Below, one piece after another: positions 1 to 9,672 of a stretch of 32,000 nucleotides of DNA. The stretch is from Candidatus Micrarchaeum sp. (GTDB lineage Archaea > Micrarchaeota > Micrarchaeia > Micrarchaeales > Micrarchaeaceae). The stretch covers positions 600,001-632,000 of the forward strand of contig NZ_CP060530.1 of the NCBI RefSeq assembly GCF_016806735.1, read 5' to 3'. Under the pieces are notes generated by a model, which had not been told where the DNA came from, ran no database searches, and saw only the letters and a list, made by a program, of their open reading frames with translations. The position numbers and the translations under genes were made by a program. How positions within the stretch are numbered: position 1 is the stretch's first letter; the number at the start of each line of letters is the position of its first letter.

Positions 1-58
1 CCATAAGCTTTTCGCACAGCTCTTTGTTGGCCTTTGAACTGCCAAGGTTGGATCGCAT
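1..58 (-). CDS. 5' end of an unidentified CDS running off the left edge (MRSNLGSSKANKELCEKLM...)
   Basis: ATG at 58-56 on the minus strand, with the frame open to position 1. An AT-rich TATA-like stretch (plus-strand 71-90; minus strand reads AAATTTAAGAATTATAAAAG) lies about 13-32 nt upstream. It is not in the ORF track because it is truncated. Product not recognisable. Confidence 0.3.
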   Translation of the reverse strand, partial: MRSNLGSSKANKELCEKLM

Positions 59-105
59 AATGCTATTGCTCTTTTATAATTCTTAAATTTTTGCTTTGAG
101 GATTT

Positions 106-2220
106 TCATAACTGGGCAAAAACCTTTGCAGCTATTTCCTTTCCAAGCAGCATTTCCACTTCGCCCCTGTGGCTGCGGATGTCGTTTACGGTACGTATCC
201 CATTGTCGAAAAGCTTCCTTGCCCTTACTCTGCCTATCTGCTCTAGCCTGACCAGGTCCAGCAGCTCAGCCTTTATGCCATACTTGAGCCTTACCCTTAC
301 GTCGACAAGATTCCTGGCCGAAATATGCGATAGCTTGGCAAGCTCTATTGCAGAGTATATGACCCAATCGGCATTTGACAGTTTTGCGTACAGGGCACCA
401 GGGGTTATGTGGTATTTCTTTATTATGGATTCCTCGTCTATCTCACTCATCCAGTCACGCAACATAAGAGCCGATGTGAACGGCTCTACGGGATTGTAAT
501 AGCCGAAGGAAAGCTCTTCGTATTTGTAAAGAAGGTCGCTTCCGAACCTGTCTTTGTAGAATACGTATTCTGCCTCGGCCTCTTCCGTTGGCCTTAGATA
601 TGGCTTCATCTCTACAGTATTTGATATCAGGTACAGCATCGACACTTCGTCCTTTGCCCCGGGCATGAATTCGAGCATCCATTTGGCCGAAAGAGGATCT
701 ATGTAAAGTTCGCTAACTCTTTTGCCTATCTTTGTAGCAAGGAGCTTTCCATAATCTTCTATTATAAAGCCCCAATCATAGAGCTCCCTAAGCACCTGCT
801 TGACCGCTGCCTTTATGTGCGAATCATTCCCGTAGATGAAGCCATAGAAGCTCTTTTTGATGAAGTCTTCTATGTCCTCCAAGGCGTTTAGGAAATCCTC
901 AGCTATGAAAGCGAGTATGTGCATTCTCAATACGGAAGCTACTCCAAGCGCAGAGTCTATGGGCTCCGGCGTGCCTATGATATAGCGCATGTAGAGCTCC
1001 TGGACTTCGTAGCGCTGGTTTGATGCTATAAGTGCCCTGCCCTCAGTATCATATTTTGGCCTGCCTGCCCTTCCAAAAAGCTGAAGCACCTCGTTTACGC
1101 TTATCCTCTCCGAAGTGACGCCGTTGTGCCTGCTAAGGTCCCTTACGAGCACAGTATGCGCCGGAAGATTCACGCCATATCCAAGGGTCGTTGTGGCGCA
1201 TATTACTTTTATTAGCCCTTTTTTGAATGTGTCTTCGACTATGGCTCTCTGTATGTTGACAAGCCCTGAATGATGGAATGCAACTCCTGCAGAAACACAG
1301 AGCGCTAGCTTGGCGCACTGGCTTGTGGGCTTTTCCAGTGCATTCAGTATCGATTGGCTTGCCGCTTCCAGCTGCTTTTTCTCTTCTGCTTTCAAAAGCC
1401 CGTTGAGCAGCGAGGCCAGTTTTGCAGCCCCGGCCTCTGCGTTCCTTCTGGTGGAATAGAATATTATCGCCTGCTTGTTCTGCGAAAGCGTATCCTCAAC
1501 CAGCCTGAACTCTGGGATTTTGCTTTTCCCATTCATCTGCGCCTCGCTTATCTCGTCGTTGTCCCAGTAGAATATCTTGCTGCCCTCAACAACACCCTTG
1601 TGCAGCTTTACGGGCCTGTAATCGCTCTTGACGAGCTTTGCCTTGAGCCATGCGGCAAGCTCCTCATCGTTGCCTATCGTAGCGCTCAGGGCTATTATCT
1701 GGGCATCGCTTATCCTCATCAGCTTTGTTATCAGCAGCTCAAGCGTAGGGCCCCTGCTTATGTCCGAAAGCATGTGTATCTCGTCAAACACTATGCAGCC
1801 CACGGAGCTTATCCATGGTGCCCCGTGCCTTATAAGGCTGTCCAGCTTCTCTGTGGATACGAAAAGCATCTCGTATTCGGAGAGCCACTGATCCGAAGAG
1901 TCAAGATCACCCATTGATATTGCCGCTTTTATGTACGGATACGCAGAATGGAATTCCTCGAATTTTTCAGCGACTATTGCGCGCATGGGCGCTATGTAGA
2001 TGGCCTTCCTCCCTTTTGCTATTATCGAGTTGGCACATGCCATTTCTGCCACAAGTGTCTTGCCGCTTGCTGTTGGTGAAGCCACAAGTATGTTGCTGCC
2101 GGAAAAAAGCCCAGCATTTATGGCCATTTCCTGTGGAGGGGTAAGAGTAGTAATGCCCCTTGAGATTATAGATTCCAGTATTTCGTTGGGCAGTCTTCCC
2201 TTCAAATCCCTTAGCTCCAT
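106..2220 (-). CDS. hel308: Ski2-like DNA helicase Hel308
   Basis: Walker A SPTASGKT, DEIH box (FDEIHML), SAT motif (LSATIGN), and a C-terminal helix-hairpin-helix-like tail. ATG at 2220 gives MELRDLKGRLPNEI..., a typical Hel308 N-terminus. The ORF-track maximum (2283) begins with TTG. Confidence 0.9.
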   Translation of the reverse strand: MELRDLKGRLPNEILESIISRGITTLTPPQEMAINAGLFSGSNILVASPTASGKTLVAEMACANSIIAKGRKAIYIAPMRAIVAEKFEEFHSAYPYIKAAISMGDLDSSDQWLSEYEMLFVSTEKLDSLIRHGAPWISSVGCIVFDEIHMLSDISRGPTLELLITKLMRISDAQIIALSATIGNDEELAAWLKAKLVKSDYRPVKLHKGVVEGSKIFYWDNDEISEAQMNGKSKIPEFRLVEDTLSQNKQAIIFYSTRRNAEAGAAKLASLLNGLLKAEEKKQLEAASQSILNALEKPTSQCAKLALCVSAGVAFHHSGLVNIQRAIVEDTFKKGLIKVICATTTLGYGVNLPAHTVLVRDLSRHNGVTSERISVNEVLQLFGRAGRPKYDTEGRALIASNQRYEVQELYMRYIIGTPEPIDSALGVASVLRMHILAFIAEDFLNALEDIEDFIKKSFYGFIYGNDSHIKAAVKQVLRELYDWGFIIEDYGKLLATKIGKRVSELYIDPLSAKWMLEFMPGAKDEVSMLYLISNTVEMKPYLRPTEEAEAEYVFYKDRFGSDLLYKYEELSFGYYNPVEPFTSALMLRDWMSEIDEESIIKKYHITPGALYAKLSNADWVIYSAIELAKLSHISARNLVDVRVRLKYGIKAELLDLVRLEQIGRVRARKLFDNGIRTVNDIRSHRGEVEMLLGKEIAAKVFAQL

Positions 2221-2279
2221 TCCAATCAACACAGTGCAGTTGCATATTCCGGAAATGCATATGCTTAATGATTTCTCAG

Positions 2280-3371
2280 TCAATCTTTAAGCTCGTATTG
2301 GTTCCCGCGCCAGGTTATGGCCTTCATTCTGCTCGCCACTATCAAGTTCGCAAGGTACACAAAGTTTATGAATAAGTATATCAGCCACAGGTCGGTACTC
2401 CTTTCGGTTCCGGCCCTTTTGTAAGTTTTTATTATGCCTATCACAAACGGGGCTAGAAGCACAGCATACAGGTATGAGATTGCAACCGACAGCACAATTG
2501 ATGATACGAGCATGGTTATATCGAGCACATATATTACGACGCCAAAGCGGAATACCCTTCTGCTTCCCATTATTGAAAGGGCAGCCTGCCTGTTGGACCA
2601 CTCCCAGAATTTTCCAAAGCTGTCATCGCTGTTCACGACTGCTATCCTTTCCGGAACGTAGCCTATCTTCAGGTTTCTTTTTCGCGAAGCCCTGGTTATG
2701 GCTATGTCATCGGACAAAGACCGCTTGAAATTTTCATAAGCTTCTCCATTGAGCAGGTCTTTCCTGAATGCGAGAGAGCCGCCCCAGCCGAATCTTGTCA
2801 GCTCAGATTCCATCATGCCGTCTCCTACAAAACCCCAAGCCATCTTCACCCTTGACCAGAATCCAGACTTGGGCCTGAAAAGCGGAAAAGTTGTCGATAT
2901 CCCAACGGAAGGGTCTGCAAGCTTGGCAACCATCTTCGAAAGCCAGTCGGCTCTCGCTTCTACGTCGGAATCGGCGATTACATAAACGTCGTAGTCGCTG
3001 TATGTTTCGTACGCAGTAGCTATTGCGCGAACCTTGCCGCTGCACTCGGTGCATAATTCTTTCGCAAATATATAATCGACCATATTTTCGTTTAGCGCCT
3101 TGATTGCAGGATCATTCTTGTCATCGACAACAGCAACAAGCATGAAGTTTTGGTAATCCTGGGCTTTTAGCGATTTTATGTTAGAATCCAGTGTAACGTC
3201 GGTCCCCTTGCACGGGAGTATGACCAGAACCCTGGGCTTGTAGTCTTTAGGAGGTTCCGTGCTTTTTTCAGATTTCCTCTTTAGCCCGGATAGATTTATC
3301 AGCATTAGGCCTAGCCACACCAGTGAAAGGAATATGGTAAATAGGTCCAATGCAATATTCATCCAGTTCAC
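2280..3371 (-). CDS. Membrane-anchored family 2 glycosyltransferase (GT-A fold, ceramide-glucosyltransferase/HpnI-like)
   Basis: N-terminal TM helix, then VLVILPCKGTD...VAVVDD...IADSD motifs typical of GT2, followed by C-terminal TM helices. Position 3371 is GTG; an ATG lies at 3362. Confidence 0.8.
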   Translation of the reverse strand: MNWMNIALDLFTIFLSLVWLGLMLINLSGLKRKSEKSTEPPKDYKPRVLVILPCKGTDVTLDSNIKSLKAQDYQNFMLVAVVDDKNDPAIKALNENMVDYIFAKELCTECSGKVRAIATAYETYSDYDVYVIADSDVEARADWLSKMVAKLADPSVGISTTFPLFRPKSGFWSRVKMAWGFVGDGMMESELTRFGWGGSLAFRKDLLNGEAYENFKRSLSDDIAITRASRKRNLKIGYVPERIAVVNSDDSFGKFWEWSNRQAALSIMGSRRVFRFGVVIYVLDITMLVSSIVLSVAISYLYAVLLAPFVIGIIKTYKRAGTERSTDLWLIYLFINFVYLANLIVASRMKAITWRGNQYELKD

Positions 3372-3375
3372 GCTT

Positions 3376-5943
3376 TCAAATCCCGTTTTTTGAGCGGAAC
3401 GTGGAATTGGCCTTTATGCGCTCAAGCGTTTTTTGGAGTGATATCTTTATGTCCCCCCTGAAATTGCCCTTAGCCCTGAAGAAGCTCTCGACCTTTGAAT
3501 ACTGCTTTTTGCTGCTGCACATGGAAAGGTTGTCTATATAGCGCGGCAGCATGTGGGTGCCTATCTCATATTTTTCCATGAGCTTGGGCCAGCTGTCGTA
3601 TGTCCATTGCTCTAGCGCGTTGAATGCCGCTGGATTCCCGGACATCACTGCAGGTATTACGAAAGAATCTTGCAGCCTCACTTCAGGAGACATGCAGAAC
3701 TTGAGCGCTTTGCTTATCTCCTCTCTGCCCGCAAAATAGCCAAAAGTCTGCAACAAGCGCCTTTTTTCTTCCGGATTTTTTGCTTTTTTGTACATGCTTA
3801 ATACCGTTTCAAAAAGCTTTTGACCCCCGTTTGCTGCGCAAGTCGCATAGATTGAAGAGCGCAGGTCTGGATCTATGCCCTCCTTGCCTGAAGCAGATTT
3901 GGAGAAAATCGAATTTGCTTTTTTGATTACATCCGGATTTCCGAGTTGGCCAAGAAGCCTTATTGAATGGGAACGAATCAGTGAGTCTATGTTCTTCTCG
4001 TTCTTTTTCTTGCTCCAGCCTTTAGTTTTCAGTATTTCCCCAGCAAAGGCAAGACCAAGCGATTTTACCGCGTCGTACAGCTTGGTGCCATAAAGCATGA
4101 AGTCGAGCCAGTCTATGTGCGAGAGTATCGATGCAATGGCCGGATAGCCCACGCCCATGCAATAGCCTTTTACAAATTCGATATAATCTATTGCCTTTAC
4201 GTTGCCAGAACGCATTAGGGCGAAGAGATCATTTTCGATACCCCACGCATCCAAGCCGGAAAGCTTGCCAGACTTTATTGCATGGCCCAGCTTCTCCAGC
4301 CCTTGCTTTTCGTACATTACCCTATACAGGTAATCCTGCTTGTAGTTCAGCTTTAGAATATCGTTTTCAGCATGCGCTATTTCAAGCTTGTCTTTAGTCA
4401 TCAGCTCAAAGCGCTCCTTGCTTCCGCTTAGGTATTTTATTGGGATTATCCATTTTTGCGAGTCGATACTTGAGCCAACAGGCTTTGATATTACAAACCT
4501 TTGCTGGCTAAGCCTTGCCCTTTTCTGCCCATCGTTCACCTTTATGATTGGATAGCCGGTGTTGTCGAGCCACGTGTTCGCAAATTTTTTTATGAACTTG
4601 CCGTTTGGCATTGACGATTTGAGTGATTCTTCATATATCGCGTTCCAGAGGTCATATTTTGTCGCGTTGGAGTACGAATGCTCTTTTAGATAGCCGTGCA
4701 GTCCTGCCCTGAACACTTCCGGGGTGGCAAAATCCTCAAGCATGTGCAGGAATGTGCCGCCTTTCTCATAGCTTATTTCATCAAAAATTTCGTTTATTTC
4801 TTCAGGAGTTGAAACATCTACGCTTATTGGATGAGTATGGATCAAAGAATCCGCAGAAAATGCGGTTGCTATCACATCATCAAAATACTGTATGTCCATC
4901 TGCCATTCAGGGAAAACTGCTTCCATAGCCTTAAAGCTCATGTACGTTGCAAAGCTTTCGTTAAGCCAGAGGTCATTCCACCATTCCATCGTGACCAAAT
5001 CTCCAAACCATTGATGGGCAAGTTCGTGCGCTACGGTTTCTGCTATTTGCTGTTTGTACGAAACGGCTGAATCCTTTTCAGTTCCAAGCATTGCGGTTTC
5101 CCTGAATGTTATTGCTCCCCAGTTTTCCATTGCCCCTGCCGCAAAGTCCGGTATTGCTATCAAATCCACTTTTGGCAAAGGGTATTTTATCTTAAAATAG
5201 TCCTCATAAAATGCAATGAATTTCTTTGCATAGCCAAGCGCCAGATAACAAAGCTGCTTTTTGCCAGGAGTTGCCAGCACATTTATCTTTAGCTTGCCCA
5301 GGCTTGTGCTTACGCTTTCGAATTTTCCAACGCCTAAGAAGAGCAGATATGAGGACATTTTAGGCGTTTCCATGAACTTGACTGTCTTCCTGCCATTGCT
5401 TATAGTTTCCGATTTTACCGGCATGTTTGAGATTGCACGCATCTCTTTAGGTATTTCCATCGTGACATCAAACGTTGCCTTAAAGCCAGGTTCGTCAAAG
5501 CACGGAAATGCTGCGCGGGCATCCGCAGCCTCGAATTGCGACGTAAGGATATATTCTTTTGCGCCTTTCTGGTTGGTATATTCGCTTTTGTAAAATCCGT
5601 ACATGTCTTCGTTGTTTATTCCGCTGAAATTTATAATCAGTGTGGCTTTGCCCGAAACTGCTTTATTGAAGCTTAATGTTGTGATTTTATTTTTTTTGTC
5701 GATTTTTACGCTGCAATCCTGTTCTGAACCGCTTGACATTATTTTTGCATGCTTGAACTTTATTTTATTGGAGTTTATTTTTATCGAATTTGTTTGTTTT
5801 GATATTGACACCAGAATTTCTTCCGTCCCTTCATATACGAAGTTCTTGAAGTCAGTATTAAAAAATAATTTGTAGTTAATTGGCTTCACTATGTCCCCTA
5901 GCCTGTTCGCGCTTGCTTTGGTTTTTTGATATTTTGATTGCAT
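3376..5943 (-). CDS. M1-family zinc aminopeptidase (tricorn-interacting-factor F2/F3-like)
   Basis: GAMEN exopeptidase motif (AAGAMENWG) and HELAH-X18-E zinc site (HELAHQWFGDLVTMEWWNDLWLNESFA). ATG start at 5943. Confidence 0.9.
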   Translation of the reverse strand: MQSKYQKTKASANRLGDIVKPINYKLFFNTDFKNFVYEGTEEILVSISKQTNSIKINSNKIKFKHAKIMSSGSEQDCSVKIDKKNKITTLSFNKAVSGKATLIINFSGINNEDMYGFYKSEYTNQKGAKEYILTSQFEAADARAAFPCFDEPGFKATFDVTMEIPKEMRAISNMPVKSETISNGRKTVKFMETPKMSSYLLFLGVGKFESVSTSLGKLKINVLATPGKKQLCYLALGYAKKFIAFYEDYFKIKYPLPKVDLIAIPDFAAGAMENWGAITFRETAMLGTEKDSAVSYKQQIAETVAHELAHQWFGDLVTMEWWNDLWLNESFATYMSFKAMEAVFPEWQMDIQYFDDVIATAFSADSLIHTHPISVDVSTPEEINEIFDEISYEKGGTFLHMLEDFATPEVFRAGLHGYLKEHSYSNATKYDLWNAIYEESLKSSMPNGKFIKKFANTWLDNTGYPIIKVNDGQKRARLSQQRFVISKPVGSSIDSQKWIIPIKYLSGSKERFELMTKDKLEIAHAENDILKLNYKQDYLYRVMYEKQGLEKLGHAIKSGKLSGLDAWGIENDLFALMRSGNVKAIDYIEFVKGYCMGVGYPAIASILSHIDWLDFMLYGTKLYDAVKSLGLAFAGEILKTKGWSKKKNEKNIDSLIRSHSIRLLGQLGNPDVIKKANSIFSKSASGKEGIDPDLRSSIYATCAANGGQKLFETVLSMYKKAKNPEEKRRLLQTFGYFAGREEISKALKFCMSPEVRLQDSFVIPAVMSGNPAAFNALEQWTYDSWPKLMEKYEIGTHMLPRYIDNLSMCSSKKQYSKVESFFRAKGNFRGDIKISLQKTLERIKANSTFRSKNGI

Positions 5944-5981
5944 ATATACACCCTATAAACATGGTTTTAGAATTTTAAACA

Positions 5982-6941
5982 TCAACTGCCTAAGCCCAGC
6001 TGTTCGATGGTTTCCTTTACTGCCTTCCTTACTGCTTCGTCGCTTGAATAAGTGTTTTTCCATCCTTTTGAGTATAGCTTTACAGGAGACAGTTCAGCAA
6101 CTTTTACGTCACCTTTCCAGCCGCCGCCGTCTTCAGTCTTTACCAGCATTTTTTCAACGCCTTTTGCACCCATTTCCTCTATAACCATGTCTGCAATTTT
6201 CATTACGGAAGTGGTGCCTTCATTTGCGATATTGTAAACGTCAAGATCCTTGGTTTTTTCATGCGAGAAAACCATTGCCCTTATGCAATCGGAAACGTGT
6301 AAATACGATTTTCTTTGCGTTCCATCCCCAAGTATTTCAAGTTTTTTGCTATCCTTGACAAGTTTTTTTATGAAATCGAATATTACGCCGTGTGTAGAGT
6401 TCTTGCCAACTATGTTTGCGAACCTGAATATTGTTGACTTTATCCCGTAATAATTTGAATATGCGCTTATCATTGCCTCATCGCTAAGCTTTGAAGCGCC
6501 ATATGATGATATGGGAAGTAGCGGCCCATATTCTTCAGGAGTAGGCAGAACTTTTGCAACCCCAAAAACAGTAGAGCTTGAAGAAAACATCAGATCGCTT
6601 ATCCCGTTCTTTCGCGCTGTTTCCAGGATATTGAAGGTGCCAAGTATATTAGAATCAAAATCCTTTTCAGGGTTTTCAAAACCGTGCCGTACATCTGAAT
6701 TTGCAGCGAAATGTATTATTGAATCGGCTTTCAGCTTTAAGGCTTCCTCTCTTTTTGTTATGTCGATTTTCGTTAATTTTAGGTCTCCAAGTTCGTACAG
6801 AGGTTTTAGAAATCTGTCGTCACCTGTTGATGACAGATTATCCGCAACTTCAACCGAATGGCCTTCCTTTAAAAGCAGCTCAACCATATTCGACCCTATA
6901 AAACCAGCACCACCAGTAACTATTATTTTCTTCGACTCCAT
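5982..6941 (-). CDS. NAD-dependent sugar-nucleotide epimerase/dehydratase (SDR family)
   Basis: Rossmann motif IIVTGGAGFIGSN close to the N-terminus if ATG 6941 (MESKKIIVTGG...) is used. Catalytic YxxxK present (SYGASK). The longer ATG at 6986 overlaps the upstream stop as ATGA. Confidence 0.85.
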   Translation of the reverse strand: MESKKIIVTGGAGFIGSNMVELLLKEGHSVEVADNLSSTGDDRFLKPLYELGDLKLTKIDITKREEALKLKADSIIHFAANSDVRHGFENPEKDFDSNILGTFNILETARKNGISDLMFSSSSTVFGVAKVLPTPEEYGPLLPISSYGASKLSDEAMISAYSNYYGIKSTIFRFANIVGKNSTHGVIFDFIKKLVKDSKKLEILGDGTQRKSYLHVSDCIRAMVFSHEKTKDLDVYNIANEGTTSVMKIADMVIEEMGAKGVEKMLVKTEDGGGWKGDVKVAELSPVKLYSKGWKNTYSSDEAVRKAVKETIEQLGLGS

Positions 6942-6965
6942 TCCAACACGATTTCTTTTAAAAAA

Positions 6966-6979
6966 GAAATTATAAAAAG
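6966..6979 (-). promoter_or_regulatory. Candidate TATA box for the epimerase gene
   Basis: The minus strand reads CTTTTTATAATTTC, centred about 32 nt upstream of ATG 6941. Confidence 0.3.
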
Positions 6980-6982
6980 TGG

Positions 6983-9229
6983 TCATAAATTTAGTTGTAT
7001 TTGCCTGCTTGCCCTAAATTCTATGCTTTTGATCAATTTTTTATGGTCGCTGAGGAATTCCAAGGTATACTCTCTGGATTTTATAAGTGTGTATTCGATA
7101 TTCATCTTGTTTGAAGTTATCCGATCTTCTTTCATAAACGTACCCAGATAACAAAGGCGGACGTAAGCAGGGACTTTTTTCTGCTCCTGCATAGTTATAG
7201 ATACGTTGGCTTTTATCGATTTAGGGCTTCTTTTTGATTTTGAGCCGTTTTCTGGTGAATCCGGAACGCCCTGGATTTTTTGTAGATGGATTTCAGGCTC
7301 TATTTCGTTATACCCGATGGTTTTTATGAATAAAGTGTCTGGAGACAGTTTTAAGCCATCCCTTTCTACCATATAGTTCAACGCGCCGAAACCGGATTCC
7401 AGATGTTTTAGCTTGGCTATTATTCGTTCTTCTTCCACATTGAAAAATACAAGATCTTCTACAGCCTTTTTTGCCACATCGGTAGGCTGCTTGAGATAGA
7501 TTTTGGATTGGCATAGCCTTCTGATATCTTGGTCTATGTCGGTTATGCTGTGGACTAATAGCATTAGACCCACGCCCAATTTCCTGAAATCCTGAATCCT
7601 TGAGCGTATGTCCATAACCGTTGCAGATTTTTGGTCCTTGAAAAGCATTTGGGCTTCCTCAACGCATATGAGCATGCGAAGACTTCCGTCTCCTTTAGTA
7701 TCAAATTTTGAGGTTTCCGAATACAGCTGATTTAATATCAGTGCATAAAAAAAGCTTTTCATCTGGACGCTGACTTCCGAAACATCGAATATTATCCCGT
7801 CTTCCAGCAATTTGCCAATGCTTATTGATTCTCTGCCAGAATATTCCGGAAATTGGAGTATTTCTATTAGGCCTTCCAATGAGGATTTTATGTTCTCGCC
7901 ATGCTTTGTATATTTTACTCCGGTGTTGCTTCTGCTTCCGTGAAGCTCTATTATCGATTCGCTTATTTCCTTGTATATTGATATGGGATCGATCGCTTTA
8001 TTGTTGGAATAATAACGCCTGAATGCGTTTAGCAGGCATTTCTCAAGCGGCTTCTGATAAGGGCCAGACTCTGAAGCTGACGCAAGCAGCATTGATAGAT
8101 CCTGGTAAAATCTTTTAATTTCTACCCCTTCCGGAGGAATGAAAAAGTTTATTGGAACCCCATCGGAGCATATTTTTATTACATGCATGCCATGCGATTT
8201 GCCGAAATTAGCCCATTCGTCGGTTGGAGCTATTACGGCTATTTTAGGTTTTTCTTCCTGCTTGCTTAGCTGCGATATTATGCCCATAGCTTCGCTCGTT
8301 TTGCCTGTCCCTGGAAGGCCGCTTATTATAAAGCCCAGGTTGAAAAGGTTTTTGGGCATCTTTATATCTTTATAGTAATCGGCAGACGAGTATTTTACCG
8401 AACCTACCTTAATTCCGGATTCAGAAAATGAGGGCTTTGAATTAATCACATATTTCAGATCGTAATTGCCATAGGGCTTTAGGAGCTTGGCCGCAGCTAA
8501 GTTTCCAAAAGGTATCATTTTTGTTTTATTGACATAATCGAAGACCTCCGTTATATTATTCGTGTTTATCTCTGCATTCCCCATCACAAGTGCCTTTGAA
8601 TGCACATATTCCGAAATTTTATCCGTGTATTCTTGATCCACGATGTAGAATAGGGCTATTTTATATGATACACCATTGTTCATTATCGCAAAGTTTATTT
8701 GCTCTAGCGCCTCTTTTAGGATTCCTGATTCTTCGGAGTTGTCAAAAATTTCATGTTGAAACGAAGTTGAATCGCTGTTTCCCAAATTTAGAAAATTTCT
8801 CCATGTTGAGTTAAAGCGGTTTGGCATAGAGCTAAGTGTTTTTTCCATCTCTGCCTTTACGTTTCCAAGTTCTGAGGTGACCAAAGGCACAAACACTATG
8901 CCAAAAACTCCGGATCTTACCCCTATGTCAAATACGTCAGAGAATAGATCTTCCCTGATTGATTCTATTGATTTGTAAAAAAGGCACACGGACGCTTTTT
9001 TGAAGGCAAGCTGCTTATTTGCTAGGGAAAACGAGAGCCCGTCCATAGTGCTTGATATTAAATTTATTTTTTCAGACGGGTTTTCACAGTTTAGTTTGAT
9101 GAATGTGCTTTTTGATTCGAAATCGTATAAAACCGCAAAACCGTCTGCGTATATGCGTTCCAACAACAATTGGCCATTGAATCCGTCGCTTGGGACGCCA
9201 TCGAATTTGAATAAGTTTGATTCAGGCAT
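6983..9229 (-). CDS. Large HerA/FtsK/VirB4-superfamily P-loop ATPase (748 aa), last gene of the cluster
   Basis: Walker A GLPGTGKT (aa 304-311, nt about 8297-8320). Walker-B-like hydrophobic strand LICVEEAQ (aa 520-527). An FRKLGVGLMLLVHS block occupies the position of the (R/K)K.G.G....TQ motif. It has a roughly 300 aa N-terminal domain, a roughly 100 aa C-terminal extension, and no TM helices. Confidence 0.8.
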   Translation of the reverse strand: MPESNLFKFDGVPSDGFNGQLLLERIYADGFAVLYDFESKSTFIKLNCENPSEKINLISSTMDGLSFSLANKQLAFKKASVCLFYKSIESIREDLFSDVFDIGVRSGVFGIVFVPLVTSELGNVKAEMEKTLSSMPNRFNSTWRNFLNLGNSDSTSFQHEIFDNSEESGILKEALEQINFAIMNNGVSYKIALFYIVDQEYTDKISEYVHSKALVMGNAEINTNNITEVFDYVNKTKMIPFGNLAAAKLLKPYGNYDLKYVINSKPSFSESGIKVGSVKYSSADYYKDIKMPKNLFNLGFIISGLPGTGKTSEAMGIISQLSKQEEKPKIAVIAPTDEWANFGKSHGMHVIKICSDGVPINFFIPPEGVEIKRFYQDLSMLLASASESGPYQKPLEKCLLNAFRRYYSNNKAIDPISIYKEISESIIELHGSRSNTGVKYTKHGENIKSSLEGLIEILQFPEYSGRESISIGKLLEDGIIFDVSEVSVQMKSFFYALILNQLYSETSKFDTKGDGSLRMLICVEEAQMLFKDQKSATVMDIRSRIQDFRKLGVGLMLLVHSITDIDQDIRRLCQSKIYLKQPTDVAKKAVEDLVFFNVEEERIIAKLKHLESGFGALNYMVERDGLKLSPDTLFIKTIGYNEIEPEIHLQKIQGVPDSPENGSKSKRSPKSIKANVSITMQEQKKVPAYVRLCYLGTFMKEDRITSNKMNIEYTLIKSREYTLEFLSDHKKLIKSIEFRASRQIQLNL

Positions 9230-9500
9230 GCAGAATCACTACCAAAAGTTGCAATGAAAGCATTAATACCAAAAGCGATGTACTGGCGGCCCGCAAGTAT
9301 TTTTCCCTTAGAATTGCGTTAGAGCATAAGGCAGAAATCAGAATCAAAACTACGATTGGTACCGCAAATGCCTTAATCCCTGAGAATATTGAAAGGGTGG
9401 ATAGAAGCCAACAGGAAAAAATTGATAGAGCCAGTGTAACCCTTACCGTATGCGTGCCCTTTTTCGAACCCCCATATAACCGTGATATGTTTGCGAGCAT
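9222..9500 (-). CDS. Small integral membrane protein (92 aa from ATG 9500, about 3 TM helices)
   Basis: ATG 9500 follows the upstream stop as TAA-A-ATG. Its stop overlaps the ATPase start by 8 nt (ATGCCTGA). It has three hydrophobic segments. The ORF-track start at 9509 is GTG. Confidence 0.55.
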   Translation of the reverse strand: MLANISRLYGGSKKGTHTVRVTLALSIFSCWLLSTLSIFSGIKAFAVPIVVLILISALCSNAILREKYLRAASTSLLVLMLSLQLLVVILHA

Positions 9501-9501
9501 T

Positions 9502-9672
9502 TTAGGCACCTATGAGCATCCAAATGCCGAATAGTATTATCAACAGCGATACGATCATTTCCTTTATTTGACGTTTCTCAGTATATCCGTAAAGCACTGA
9601 AGCTATCGCCACCAAAAAACAGACTGAATCGGCAAGCGTATACAGTAATGACGTGTTAGGTTTCAGCATCAT
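9502..9672 (-). CDS. Unlisted 56-aa two-helix membrane protein (MMLKPNTSLLYTLADSVCFLVAIASVLYGYTEKRQIKEMIVSLLIILFGIWMLIGA)
   Basis: Hand translation of the minus strand gives an ATG-ATG start at 9672 and a TAA stop at 9504-9502. The start overlaps the upstream gene end by 17 nt, and the stop lies 1 nt before the next ATG. The protein is two hydrophobic helices joined by a basic loop (TEKRQIKE). It falls below the length cutoff of the ORF track. Confidence 0.45.
   Translation of the reverse strand: MMLKPNTSLLYTLADSVCFLVAIASVLYGYTEKRQIKEMIVSLLIILFGIWMLIGA

Noticed and set aside
1354-1917. A 187-aa plus-strand ORF and several shorter ORFs inside the Hel308 gene
   Set aside because: They are opposite-strand shadows of a well-supported helicase gene, with no motifs and atypical composition.
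9217-9534. A 105-aa plus-strand ORF overlapping the small membrane protein genes
   Set aside because: The minus-strand frames fit the operon, with stop-start coupling to both neighbours and clear TM helices. The plus-strand frame has no start context and would be the only plus-strand gene in 20 kb.
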